The position numbers were made by a program, and so were the translations under genes. From Hormiphora californensis (Eukaryota > Animalia > Ctenophora), in the NCBI GenBank assembly GCA_020137815.1, contig CM035359.1:1612001-1676000 (forward strand): a stretch of 64,000 nt of DNA, given 5' to 3'. The notes under the pieces were generated by a model. The model saw only the letters and a list, made by a program, of their open reading frames with translations. It ran no database searches and was not told the origin of the DNA. Positions within the stretch are counted from its first letter, which is position 1, and the number at the start of each line of letters is the position of its first letter. This document shows, piece after piece, positions 1 through 13,443 of the stretch.

Positions 1-370
1 TAGTGGCAGTTTTCTAAATGATAAAAAAATACAAATTATTTATTACTAAAAGATAAAAGATACCTAAATTGGTATAACTGACAACAGATAGAAGTTAAAA
101 TTGCAGTAAAACCTCGATTTACCATGAACATCGCTATAATGCCAAACATATCTCAACAATTTATGGAAAAATAAGTCACAAAGGTCTTTCTGAACTTTCG
201 GGTACCAGCTACGCTTTTCCATCCAGTCATTGAGTAAATCGAGATTTTACTGTGCTTGAATTAAAAATCTATCACTTCAAAAATTCCTGTATTTCATTTA
301 CATTGTAAATAAATTACAGAAATTTACAAAAATTGAATATAACTGATGAGAGCCCCACAATGAAAACAAA

Positions 371-3084
371 TCATACTCCCTCCACAGGGCTGCCCCCTCC
401 TACCCTGAAAACAGACTTTACTTTGTTTTTAAGGGGTGCAAATCCATAGCAGTAAAGTAGGGGCGTTAAAAGCTGGTGAAAAATCAGTATCTGAACACTT
501 TTCACCTTGCTGGATCCTGGGTCCAGATTAGCAAACACGTTGCTGACGTATAGTCCGGTATCAAAGAGAGATACAATGAGGGCTTCACCCAAACAGCACC
601 CAACCACCAGGTATATCGATTGAAATTTGTCCATCTTACAATCCCTCAACTTCATATTCCGTACCGCAGCCGCACCCGGTCGGAGTCTTAGTGATATGCT
701 ACTGCTAGCCCTTCGGATGTCATAGTCTGATTTGCTTCTCATCCGAAACCCCGCTTTAGAAGGAGAGAAAGAGCTTCTTCGGTTGTCGATGATGGGCGAG
801 GAGGCGATGCTACGGATTTCAGCCGCTTTTTTGGTGCTTTTACCCCATCGAGCAGTGTCTAGAGGACCCTCGTTTCCTCGTATACCAGGGAGGGTGATAG
901 GTCTTGGTTGGATGGTTCCTCATGGGTGGATGCCATATGGAATGCTTCGTTCACTGGAATTATACCCTGGTCCTGATAGAGAGAGGATAACAGGGGTGTA
1001 AGCATAATCGATAATCGATAATTATCCTCGAGGCGGTGTGAAAAAGTATGAAGTTACAATAGTTGGAACTACAACGATCGCCATATCATACCACAAATAT
1101 TTCAGTCCCTTTCGGTAGACACAAATGGTTACTTACCAGATTTAATGGGTGAGAGTGCACTTTTGTTTTTGCTCCGATCCTTTTCTTTTTTGCTCTCCGG
1201 GACCGTTTCTTTTTCATCTTCTTTCCTGGAATTATAAAGTTAACATATTGTATCCTGGAATATTATTTCTTCGTCGGTATGTGATGTGTGCAGTTCCTGT
1301 CATCTAAAATTACCATGGGAACGGCTTCATTCCGTTACACTTACTAAGTGTGTGGATCATGGAGGAGTAAAGTAGCAAAAGAATCAAAATGGGGAGGATG
1401 TTGGTAATCAGGTACCAGGCATGAAATACCATGTTGTTGTTCATGTCCGGTAGGCAGTAGTTTAGTGTTGAGTTAAATGAACACCCTGCATGGGAATATA
1501 ATGTTGAATATTTGGGAAATATATAGTAACTATTTGTGTTGAAATGTTCAAATTGTAGTTGTTGAGTCAATTAAAAGAACACCCTGCATGGGAATATAAT
1601 GTTGAATTTGGGAAATATATAGTAACTATTTGTGTTGAAATGTTCAAATTGTAGTTGTTGAGTCAGTGATGGTTATGCTCATCACGATCTCAACTACTTT
1701 TCGATTACTTTTACGCAATGATGGGGCGCTAAACACATTCTCGTGATTGGACCATCTCTACACGTAAGAACTGTCAGAGCATTGGCCTGACCCTATTCTC
1801 ATTTCTTCAACACGAAGCGTGGTATTGACCTGGCAGCGTCAGACTTGTACGCCATGCGGTGATGGAACTAAAACAATGATATAACACATAACGTGAAATG
1901 AGTGTGGAATTGTGGAATTGAGATTGAAACCCTCTCTTATAAACGGCAAAGTATGTCATACGGCGGTATAAATTAAACCATGGATCTCAAAACATACCTT
2001 TGGTAAGATCCTCCATTATCACTGAAGGCATTATTACGATAATGATCATATTAACTGCTATGATCGAACCCATTTTACCGTGACTCATCACTTGTCGGTA
2101 TCGAAATGGATTCATTACCGCCAAAAATCTGGAAAGAGAGAGGAAGTTTAAAATATGTTTCCCAAACAATTTCTAACAGATTTGATTAAGAAATCTCATT
2201 CAGAGCATTCCATGGATATTTGATTGACTGGTTATAGATGGAAAAATTTGAATATATTATGTAACTATCCCATTATTAAGGATAGAGATAATAGCATGAA
2301 TATCAGATAAATAACCATGGAAGTTCCATATAAGGAAATTACTGGCAACATGGAATTGAAACCCCTAAAGGTATAGTTTACCTATCGATGGCTATTAGCA
2401 TAAGTACAACACGGTTAAGTCCACTTAATAACCATGTTAAGTAGCTGATCCCAATGCACCAGAGAAAAGAATGGTTACTCGTACTGATGCCCCAAAACCA
2501 TGTAACTGTCAGGGGAGAGAGAGGAAGCTGTTAATAAGTAATATTTGATGTAATGACTTATAGGGCAGCCCGCAGCTGTTTTCTAGAGACATGGGAGAGG
2601 AGTATGGCAAACATAATCTGTCAATGTTATCCTAATTCCCAAAGAAAATCCCATGCAGATTGCAGTACTCACCTTGGTGACATAGACACCGTGCGCGACC
2701 AAGATTGAGCTCACACACATATGTGTGAGCTCGATCTCGCACGCACTAGGTGTCAATGTCACCAAGTACTCACCTATGGTTCCTGATAAAAGGGTGTTTG
2801 ACTTAAAAAGGAGCACCAGCAGTAACAATGAAACAGTCTTTTTCCGTTGCTTTATACTTGTTATCTAAGACGGGAGATAAACTTAGTTGATAATCATGGA
2901 TTGTATTGGTAGACCAAAATTACCAGACGATTTTTAATTTTATATTGGGTTTTTCATCTGAAAAAAATTGATAATATGAATGATATTACCTTACCTCTTG
3001 ATATATAGCTAAAGTGACCATGAGAAGGTTTAGTAAAAGTCCGAGTCCAGCAAAAATCATAATTATCACATTATCAGTAGACAT
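371..3084 (-). CDS. Multi-exon rhodopsin-class (7TM) GPCR
   Basis: Spliced exons give MSTDNVIIMIFAGLGLLLNLLMVTLAIYQE (TM1, ~2990-3084), LLLLVLLFKSNTLLSGTI (TM2, ~2774-2856), ...VVLMLIAIDR|FLAVMNPFRY (TM3 DRF motif split by an intron, ~2382-2507 and ~1998-2128), FHAWYLITNILPILILLLLY (TM5, ~1314-1487), a charged loop exon (~1137-1225) and a last exon with HQLLTPLLYCYGF (TM7 NPxxY-like). The acceptor of the last exon is ambiguous. Confidence 0.75.
2674..2765. mobile_element. 92-bp MULE-like MITE in a GPCR intron, 9-bp TSD GTACTCACC
   Basis: TIR ttggtgacatagacacc/ggtgtcaatgtcaccaa, with GTACTCACC at 2665-2673 and 2766-2774. A related copy lies at ~46049-46108 with a degenerate TSD. Confidence 0.7.
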
Positions 3085-4400
3085 TTTTGTTGGAATCTGT
3101 TAACAAATGAGGAAACCGTTAGACATCATTACAATTTAATTTACATCAGCATAGATAAATGACAAAAAAGTTATTTTTCATTCCTCGAAGGCAGCAAAAA
3201 ATTAGTACACAAATTGTTTGAGCTAGTTTCTGACTTTGTTAGCTTATATCTCATCTGAGGTTCAAATGAGGGACGGAGGACCTCCGTCGGAGATTATCTG
3301 AATAAACTTTTCAAGACGAATCCAATGTAAACAAAATTAGACGAGAAACCTCTCAATTCTTGCACCGCTTTTACAAATGTTGTAGCATGGTGGTGGCGAT
3401 TAATTTTTAGGCTTGAAGCAAAGTCATTAATTTTACAGATTGCAACTATGTACTATGATCCGTAGTGGATTGTTATAGGTTCGGCATGCACTTCATCAAA
3501 ATATATCTTGCCAGTCGTTGTAAGTTCATCAAGATAAAATGTATCTGAACAATGAACTATCATCTGGGGTTTAAGAATTTACTGATAAATGGTAAAGGTT
3601 CTTACTAAAAAACTTTTTCAGTTACATACTATAAAACACATGCGTAATTGCGTAATATCAACATTTTTTTAAGAATAGATAAATGACAAAAAGTAATTAA
3701 GTAATTGGCATTCATCGATGGATTCATCGAAAATTTAGTTCTCGACCCTCTCTCAATTCCTCCACCGCTTTTACAAATTTTGTAGCAGGGTGGTAGCGAT
3801 TAATTTTTTTCTGCTCGAAGCAAAGTCATTAATTTAACGGATTGCAACCAGCAACTTCTACCGTAGTGGTTTGTTAGCTTGATCGTCAATTAATGAAGGT
3901 AAAAAGCAATCATACTTTCATATGAAACTTTGCCGGTCATTGTAAAACGCACATGATACGTTTTGAGCCTCTCACAAACAGGGTCATATCATTTTACGTT
4001 AAAAGTTCAACTTCGTGCATATTGATAGGCACGACCTTCCTCCTGTTCCCTCGAAGGGCGATCAGACAGGCCCTCACAAACAGGGTCCCTTTATATCATT
4101 TTGTTGAAATCACTCTCACAGCTTCTGAATAATTTATGAAAACTCTGTAAAGGACGACACAATGAAAACATAATTTGAATGGGGTCCTTAAGAAGAGAAA
4201 AGAGAACGCTTCCCTATTATCAAGACTTTGTGCTGCACTGTATGGTCTATAAAAAGCAAACGGAGATCAGGGAAAAGAAAATAACAGTGTTGAATTTGTC
4301 AGATCATTTGTCTAGATAGTCAGGCTCCCATAATTTGTTTATGTACAACTGGCTCCCATAATATGTAATATGTATCAGTATATTATAATATATACAAGTA

Positions 4401-4538
4401 CAGTCGGATCCCGATTTACCGGCCACAATTTACGGGGATTACCATTTACCGGGAGGATAAATTTCCCCTGATATAATAATGAATTAACGGTATTTGACCC
4501 ATTCCCCCGAGCATCAGGTATTAATCGGGGTCTGACTG
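4401..4538. mobile_element. Short Tc1/pogo-like MITE family (CAGTCGGACCCCGATTTA...TAAATCGGGGTCCGACTG)
   Basis: Short TIRs beginning CAGT, often flanked by TA. Further copies at ~12297-12363, 21436-21520, 22071-22154, 27005-27072, 31395-31501, 38746-38832 and 53862-54033. Confidence 0.75.
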
Positions 4539-5081
4539 AAATGTACAATTGATACGATATAAGTATAGGAGCATGTTTTAATTTGGAATCAGGAATTCTC
4601 GACCGAATACTACAGTATTACAACCAATACTCACACGTCTTAAAGTGTCACGTACTCGGTTATCGTTCTTATTCACCATTCAGCCCAGTTTTCCTGATTG
4701 TGTCGGTTCATCGTTCTTTGGAATACACTTTCTCTCTAATATACCTAAACTGATTACTCTCAATATCTCAATACAACATCTGAGAAAGTCTAACATAGAT
4801 GATCTCTTTCTTCTCTTCTCTAGTGCTCGCATCTACGCCCTCTCTCTTCCTCTCTCTCCTCCTCTCTCAGTCTCATCCATCGACATCGTCTCGCCGATAC
4901 TCTGTATTTTTTTATCAAAGCCTCCTCGTCCTCGAATACTTTAATCATTCTCTCGTTGATCTGAGAACGTTACTGTACTCGATCCTCTCTGGTAGTCTCT
5001 TCTCTGCTGTCTCGTCTCTCTCTCTCGTCTAGGTAATCTCAGTAGGGCTCGGTGAGTAGCGTTCTTTCTCTCTCTCTCTCC

Positions 5082-5178
<97 letters not shown>

Positions 5179-5334
5179 AGCAAGATTATATGGTTGAGAC
5201 TTAAGTGATCAGCAGTGCTCACAAAAGGTGTCTCTGTCTCTTTAAAAATATTCTCTTCTCTGATAATATCTGTCTACTGGACCCACAACATGCTCGATGG
5301 CACCGCACAAGATACTATCAATATTATTATTAGT

Positions 5335-5600
5335 AGGAGACACTAGCGTGGTACGCGCAAAAAATGCGCGCCACACCTTTTTTTAAACACACAATTTAAA
5401 GTTTTTCAAGATTTTTTTATACGTTTTGCCTCAGATGAGATAAAGACTTCAATCCGGTGCCATTCGATGTGCCTTATCCCTTTCTTTCCAACGCTACCAG
5501 ATCGATTTCTTTAGCTTATCAGGAATTGGAGATATTTGATCAATTATGAAAATTCCGCTTCTCGACACTCGAGATTTTGCTCGATTTAGATCATATCTCC
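5335..5600. mobile_element. Partial copy of the TA-flanked MITE family seen complete at 16297-17225
   Basis: Shares ggagacactagcgtggtacgc..aaaatg.g.gccacacc and the downstream ctttccaacg.tacc core. The right TIR is not evident. Confidence 0.6.
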
Positions 5601-7657
5601 TGTTCCTTTACCGGTGTCATTTGATGGGTTTTATCATTCTCTTTTTGGAAACAGTTTCTCAAATATAATCGCCACTATGAGGATACCGAATAGAAGTAAG
5701 TAAACAAGTTATTAGTAACAATATACGTATAATAATTCGTCTTTAACACAATACCGACTAAATGCAGAGATACCCAAGAGAATACGAAATTTTTCAGTTA
5801 TGCAATAAGTATACTTCGGCCTTTTGCACGTGCTTTCAAAAAACAAAAAAGGCTAAGCAACAATCTAGCAACTACCGCATGGACTACTTGCACGCGAAGG
5901 TCTATAAAACTAAATCCAGAATGGTTAAATGTCTGCATGGTTTCGAAACTAAATTGCCCATCAGACGGACATGGGCGAGGTTGCCTTACTATCACGCAAA
6001 GAAAGTCACGCGAAGACCAACTGTTGCAATCTCATGCTGAATAATCATTTTAAAATCGAGTTGAGATAATGATGATGCAGTCGGCCTCGAGCAAATTCCG
6101 CTCTGATTTCTCCCCAAATTACAACTTGTATCAGCAGGGGTGGAATTAAAAATAATTTTAATTATGTTATGTCTGAATATTCTAATTAAATACGTCTGAA
6201 AGGAAGGAGGGAGAGATGAAAGACTATAGCACCGGCCATGAGAAGCAACAATTATCGACCTCCCTGGGTAGTGTATATTACTGAGAGAGAGAGCACCGCA
6301 GCTGTGGCCTCTGCAGCCCAGGGCCCTTCTTTTTTTAACTTATTGCCTAAGGTTATATCATAAGTCATTGTCATGGGCCCTAACTTATAGTTATATATAT
6401 ATCATGCCCTATAGGCACGTGTGGTTTATAATAGTCGAGACAGCTGTGCATAAAAGCGAGGGTGTGGGGTAACGATCCTGCCGGATAAATTCAGGTAACA
6501 ATGAATGGTTTGAATAATATATATTATGGACGGAGAAAATTTAAGCTTTCTTATTCTATATAATGACAGTCCCATGGGAAGCATTCGAGCAGCACTATAT
6601 AACTTCGATAAGGACTCCTATAATTAGATCTGATTATGCAATTAATCCCTCAATTAGCAAATTCTAAGTATAATCAATGATCTATGATCAAACCTAGAAT
6701 TTGCTCCCAGAATCCCTAATTCCAAGAATTCAAAGTAAATTCAACGATATATTACAACCAATCGGAGATTAAAAATATTCTGGATATTGAAACGGGATAT
6801 GCCCCACCAACATTATATATGTGCAGCTGCAGAGGCCATACAACATGATGCATTATAAGGCCGTGAGATTATAATTGTACAGATGTATTTTCAGCTGGTC
6901 TATGGTAATGCAGTTCTCAGGCTGGACTCAATCTTCACAGATCTCAGAGAGATGTATATCGCATGGCCGAATTCTGCAATTAATCTCTTTCACATACGGC
7001 CCAGAAATAACAAGATTGTCCCACTCTCAAGTTCTGGCATCAAATTTTCACAATGAACTGAGAACTCCCTCTTTTTTCTCTCTATTATCATTCATTTTCA
7101 TTCATTTTCAATATCAATGCTGAAGTCCCACCACGGTGACCAGTCATTGTCATTTCTCTTAATAAAACCACTCACTTCTCTATCTAAACGTCTTCTATCT
7201 CTTTCTCATACTATGTACCTTCCCTCTCTTTTTTTTCTCTACCTTTCTCCCCACAATATCTTGTCAAGAAATGTAATCAGTACCTACGGTACTATAATAT
7301 AACACATCCAGTTCTACCTTAGGTGCTATTTTAGAAGCATACCAATACAAAAAAGAAGCTCATATCTCAGATATAGACAGAGGAGAACAATATATATTGT
7401 TCTCCTCTGTCTATATCTGAGATATTATCTGAGATATTATCTCATGGTACTGGTACAATTGTTGGTACTGTTGCCAGAAAGTTACTATGCGAGATACGAT
7501 CTTTTCTTCTTAGTTTTTATAGTAAAAACTATACCCGGAGAATTTCTGTATCGAACATTAACAGTATTGACTATCAAACATTAGCATTCAGTTAATTCAT
7601 TTGATATGATAATTGGTATATATTGGTTGTTTTGAGTCCTAAGAGTCTACATGGTGT

Positions 7658-9145
7658 CAGTGGTGGCCCCAGCCTGGGGTGGTGGGGGGGTGGCCACCCC
7701 CCCAAACATTTTCAGATAGGGGTTGTCGGGGGTGGTAAAATGGTTGAAAAATGTGTTCTAAATAGCTTGAAATTCGTCAAAAATCAAAATTTTCCGGGGG
7801 CTTCGCCCCCTTACCCACACCAATAGCTGACAATCGATATTATATCGGTCTAAATTGCTTAAAATTCATAAAAATTACAATTTTGCTGGGGCTTCGCCCC
7901 TTTCCATCATAACGAGGGCTAAATATGGTTGAAGATTTTTCTTAAATGGCTGAAAACTGTCCAAAAATTTGATTGAGATTGCATAAATTTATCAAAAATC
8001 AAAAATTTTCCGGGGGCTTCGCCCCCTAACACACACCAATGGCTGAAAATCGTTATTCTATTGTTCTAAATTGCTTAAAATTCATCAAACTAAAAATTTT
8101 TCAGTCTTGATAGTAGAGTCGATAACTACATCGACCTCTCCCAATTGTTCCAGTTTTTGTCACATCAGTTTGGAGCCTCGACACGACCTCTAAACAGGTG
8201 TTACTTTTTCACAAACTGTTTTCATCTTGGTGTAATCAGCAGTTGAAATGTTGTTGATCATAACAAAAACCTGACTAAATTTTTTCAACTTGGGGTAAAA
8301 CCATGGGTGTCAAAAGTTAGCTCTAGGTCCCCTGAGTAACCATCCGGAGACTCCAAGAGATATTTCAAGCCGTTCTCCTGTAATCATTAATCCCGGTAGA
8401 GCACATATTTGAGTATGGACGTACGTGCAATTGCCTACAACCTCAACTTTAATGTATAACGTTAATGTGCGTCTCTCTCTTTTCTCCCCCTTGAGAAAGA
8501 GTTATCTCGCGCGGCGCAACCGCACGTGCGGTTTTTCCAGAGAGAGTGAGAGTTATACAATAACATGTAAACAGCCTGCCAGCGCTCACGTACGTCCGCA
8601 TTGTATTTTTTTCTCCACCGGGATTAATGATTACGGGAGAACGGCTTGAAATATCTCTTAGAGTCTCCGGATGATTACTCAGGGGACCTAGAGCTAACTT
8701 TTGACACCCATGGTTTTACCCCAAGTTGAAAAAATTTAGTCAGGTTTTTGTTATGATCAGCAACATTTCAACTGCTGATTACACCAAGATGAAAACAGTT
8801 TGTGAAAAAGTAACACCTGTTTAGAGGTCGTGTCGAGGCTCCAAACAGATGTGACAAAAACTGGAACAATTGGGAGAGGTCGATGTAGTTATCGACTCTA
8901 CTATGAATGGCTGAAAATTGTTCAAAAAGTGGTTCTAGATTGCTCAAAATTCATCAAAAATCTAAAAATTTTCCGGGGGCTCCGCCCCCTAGCCCCCGCC
9001 AAGGGCTCTGCCCCTGGACCCCGTTGGGGGGCTGCGCCCCCCAAACCCCCTGCCGCAGCTCCCTCGGCGCCGCTTCGCGGCACCTCGGTCACTTGGTTTC
9101 GGGATTGACCACCCCCCCAAAATATCCGTGCTGGGGCCACCCCTG
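7658..9145. mobile_element. Non-autonomous hAT-like element, 8-bp TSD CATGGTGT
   Basis: TIR cagtggtggccccagc/gctggggccacccctg, with CATGGTGT at 7650-7657 and 9146-9153. Internal tandem ggggcttcgcccc subrepeats and a nested foldback element. Confidence 0.8.
8111..8903. mobile_element. Foldback/palindromic MITE nested in the hAT element
   Basis: Near-perfect inverted arms of ~290 bp (8111-~8397 and ~8617-8903) starting tagtagagtcgataactacatcgacc. Confidence 0.8.
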
Positions 9146-9415
9146 CATGGTGTTCCATACATTTTCTGGGTCGGTTGGCGAGCTGTCACGCAAAAACAGT
9201 GATAAAACGGTGTATAAGCATCATATAAGGCATCAAAAAGCTAATGCATACTTTCGGCATTTTTGGTTTTTGAATTCGCTCTATGGTAAATTCATACATC
9301 TGTTTTCACCGGTTCTTGTTGAATACTAATAAAAAGGTATGATTTTAGATGGACTAGCTGTAATTGTTAGATATCCGGCTTGGCTCGTGGGAGAGAGATA
9401 GATAGATAGTGATCT

Positions 9416-9488
<73 letters not shown>

Positions 9489-10058
9489 GAGAGATAAAGA
9501 GAGTAAGAGTGAAACGATTTTCAATTATCTTGAGGCTGATTTTATTCCAACTGTACCAACTAACTTTTCTTCGACTAATTCCCACTCTCTAGTCCTAATT
9601 TATTCTTTGAACTTATCTCTCGGGCTCGCATAAATTTAAGGAATGTTATTTTACCGTTCATATAATGTTCATTCTTTGTTAAGCGTGTGGCCCTGTTTGG
9701 CCTTGAAACTAAAAGCGGCAACCTATTCGCACCAATTACAAGGTGTCTTGCGAGCCAACTTTCTGTAATTGTATTCCGTTGGAGCTAGGAGAAAAATTGA
9801 TTTTCTCACACACAGCATGCTATGGTTTACTACAATTATTGCTAGTTTTTTTTGGTGTAATAGAGTACTTTGCAGATACTCTATTGTTGAATCGCCTTTC
9901 ACTGTGCCCTTAAAAATTAAAAATTAAGTGTGAAAAATTCAACTCCGTTGCTTCAATATTTTCATATTGTGCGGCTTTTATTAAATTAAATTGATCTTTG
10001 ACGTTTACGTTTTCTACGTGTTCACTGTTACAGTTGATAACACATCTTTCTTTCCCTT

Positions 10059-10136
<78 letters not shown>

Positions 10137-10160
10137 CCTCTCTCTCTCTCCCTCTCACTC

Positions 10161-10210
<50 letters not shown>

Positions 10211-10667
10211 AACTGTTCTTCCCTATACTATAGCTTATTGTGGTTTTTTTTTCAGTAGTACCAAGCCTAGATAGGTCTAACGTTAGATCGTACGATCGTT
10301 TTATGGCACAGAGCGAGTCCATGTATTGCGGTCCGGGAGTTAGATACAAGAGAATGTTCTAGAATTTAAAAGCGAAATCTCTTAACAGCTCATTTAGTGA
10401 AACCGAGCCATTAATTCGAGTTCTCGAAGAACAGTTGTCTTAATGAGCTGATCATTAAATTATGAAGTTAAGTGTTTAGGAGATCGCCTGTGTGACATGT
10501 AATGGGCGTGTGGATCGTGTGCGTGATGTGTGTCTGTGTGTGTTACACCAAATAGTAATGGTATTGTGTGTGAGCTCCAGGTGCAGTGTCTTTGTGTTTT
10601 ACCTTTTTGTTCGAATTACCTTCATTTTTGATAGTGGCTTTCATGCTTAAAAAACATAGTTTAGCCC

Positions 10668-10758
<91 letters not shown>

Positions 10759-13016
10759 TCTCTATCTCTCCGATCACCCTTAGTGTTACCAGGTCTTTGC
10801 TATAATAATTATAGGTTTGACAGCAGTAATAATAACAGTCAATGTTATCACTTACTGGGTGAGCTATATCTTAACCAATTAGCGGCGATTACGTCATTGA
10901 GGTATTAAACAAGCATTATATCATAACCATTATCGCCGATCCTGTGATTTCTATATCAAGCATCCTAAACCCACAAGTGCTTCAGAGCTTGTTGGTTTGA
11001 GTTTTTTCAACTCTCGTTTATCCGATACGATAAAATAAGTAATAATATGTTTTGAGCCGACCACCTCGGAGTATACGATAAGAGTGGTCAGTGACCACGC
11101 TGGTCAGGTATATTGCTGGTCAGGCATATTGCTAACATTTGGTAGCGGTTTTGAAGGCTACCATCAGTATGTCTTATTTATATAGTAAGATTCGCAAAGT
11201 CACGGATTCGAAGTTTAAGTTGTTTTTGTATTCAGCGTGTTTTTGTATTCTTTTTGGAATATATCAGTAATTCAACTTTGGGATCTTCAGCAGATTATAG
11301 AAAGCTTTCTAGGTTAAAATACGCACTGAACGAACGGCTTCGACGTTCATCTCCAAATTATGATATATAATTCTCGTAGCATTTTATAGTTTTGTTACAG
11401 ACCCCTCCCTATCTCTGCTCATCACTTTAAATTTTTATTTAAGATTTTGATCCTTTATGACTGATGACATTGGTGTTTGGCAATCATTATTTAGTACCTA
11501 TAGCTTCGATTTTTAGTAACTAAAAATCGAAGCTATAGGTACTAAAATTTAGTTTTTCATTAAACAAACTGTGATCTGCACAAACGTTAGGACTCGGATG
11601 ATAAAAACAAATTTATACTTAAAGTAGAGAACTAGCCATACAACCCGTAAATAAAATCAAATCCAAACATTGCAAGATACACAAATTGTCCATCAGTGCG
11701 GAGACGTCCCTATTTCATTCGAACATTGTTTCAATGTCTTCGACATTCAAGACATTTATATATGTGATAGCGCACCCATTGGGTGCGCCTCAAGTAAGGG
11801 CCTTTTGATAACCCACCCGGCTTCGCCGTGTGGCTCATTTCGCCACTTTCAACGTCAATAACACGGTTGCCATGGCAACTGAATTGGTAACTATGGGGAC
11901 TGGCCTGTTAAAAGTCATTCGAAATATTAAGAAACTTCCACTGGAACTTCAGAAAGGGTGAATAACAGCTTTACAGCTTTCGTCATATGAAGTGTTTTAT
12001 GAAGGAGCAGTCTGTCGCGTAGAAACGCACTGAACGAACGGCCATCACGACGTTCATCTCCAAATTATAATAGAGATTGATCGAATTAGGGAACTCAGAG
12101 CTGCTCGGAAGATTCCCATGAACAATTACGGCAACATATCTCTGATCTAACACATATACATAGTCAAATTCAGAAATCTCAGAAATATAATATGTCACTT
12201 TCTCTTTCTAGATTTATTCCCAGGAACTTGATCCGGAAGACACATTTCTGTACTACCTGAACAATTTTCATGTAACAGAGCACTATTTAATGATAAAGTC
12301 GGCTCCCGATTTACCAGGAGCATCGATTTCCCCCAAGCATCCCAGTAAATCGGGGTCTGACTGATTCAGTATAAACACATCGTGACAATTGTAGAACGCT
12401 CGAAATAATCCCCTAAAAACTGATCAAACAAGGGCCGTGAAGATAATAATGTTAAACTGGTTTAAATCACGACGCCGATCCCGAGGCGTCAGCCGAGGGT
12501 GAGGGGGAGGAGAATAGTATCACAAGGGGTAAGCTACTGAGCCTATACAGAATTCCATAAATTTTTCAAGAGATTCTTTATAATAACATGATATCTTGGA
12601 TATAATGTAGTTTAGCTTGAGGAATCCTTGCGCTTTTTAGAAAATGAGAACCCCGTGAGTACCTGCTTGACTACTATATTATGAAAAGAGAAATAATTAT
12701 AGAACAAGATGAACTTGAGGAAGTTTGGTTCTCTCCTTCCGGCTGGACAAAATGAGTAGACGGGGTTTTATTGAACTATTATTGTATATGCATTCCAAAT
12801 CAGAATATTAAAAAAACCTTTATTACTCAATACTCATGTCTCATATTCAAGTACATTGATAGTTATAGTGTCTTGGGAACGTCGTGTGAGGGGAGCGTGA
12901 ACAAAGATCCATGTGTTGATCGCGCTCCCCTACACAGTTAATACTGTCACTAAATATTTCAGTTTTACTAGAAGTAGAGTACGCACTCTTACTACTACTT
13001 TATGTATGTTTCTTAA

Positions 13017-13443
13017 AGGTTGACAAGATACCTAAAACTTTTCGTATATCGTCTTATTTTGATTTATCATTAATTTTCAGCATTTTTTCAGAATTTTTTG
13101 TCGGCTAGAAATATGTGCAAAATAGGGGGTCTACTGATAAACGAGAGGCGCAATTTAAAAATTGATACCGTAATATCTCCGGTTCCTGATGAGATACAGA
13201 AACCGTTTTGGTAGCGTTGGAAAGGTCTTATTGAGACCAATCCAACGCAACCAAGATCAAGTAGCTATCTTTTGAGGAACCGGAAACGTGAATTTCAATT
13301 TGCGAGACGCAGTGCTGACAATATCGGTAGACCCCCTATTTCGAATTTTTTCTAGCCGACAAAAAATTCTGAAAAAATGCTGAAAATTAATGATAAATCA
13401 AAATAAGACGATATACGAAAAGTTTTAGGTATCTTGTCAACCT
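13017..13443. mobile_element. Palindromic MITE
   Basis: Inverted arms of ~95-120 bp, aggttgacaagatacctaaaac...gttttaggtatcttgtcaacct. No clear TSD. Confidence 0.7.

Noticed and set aside
920-922. In-frame TGA in the GPCR last exon as readthrough or selenocysteine
   Set aside because: An in-phase downstream acceptor (ctctag, ~859) avoids it, and no SECIS is evident.
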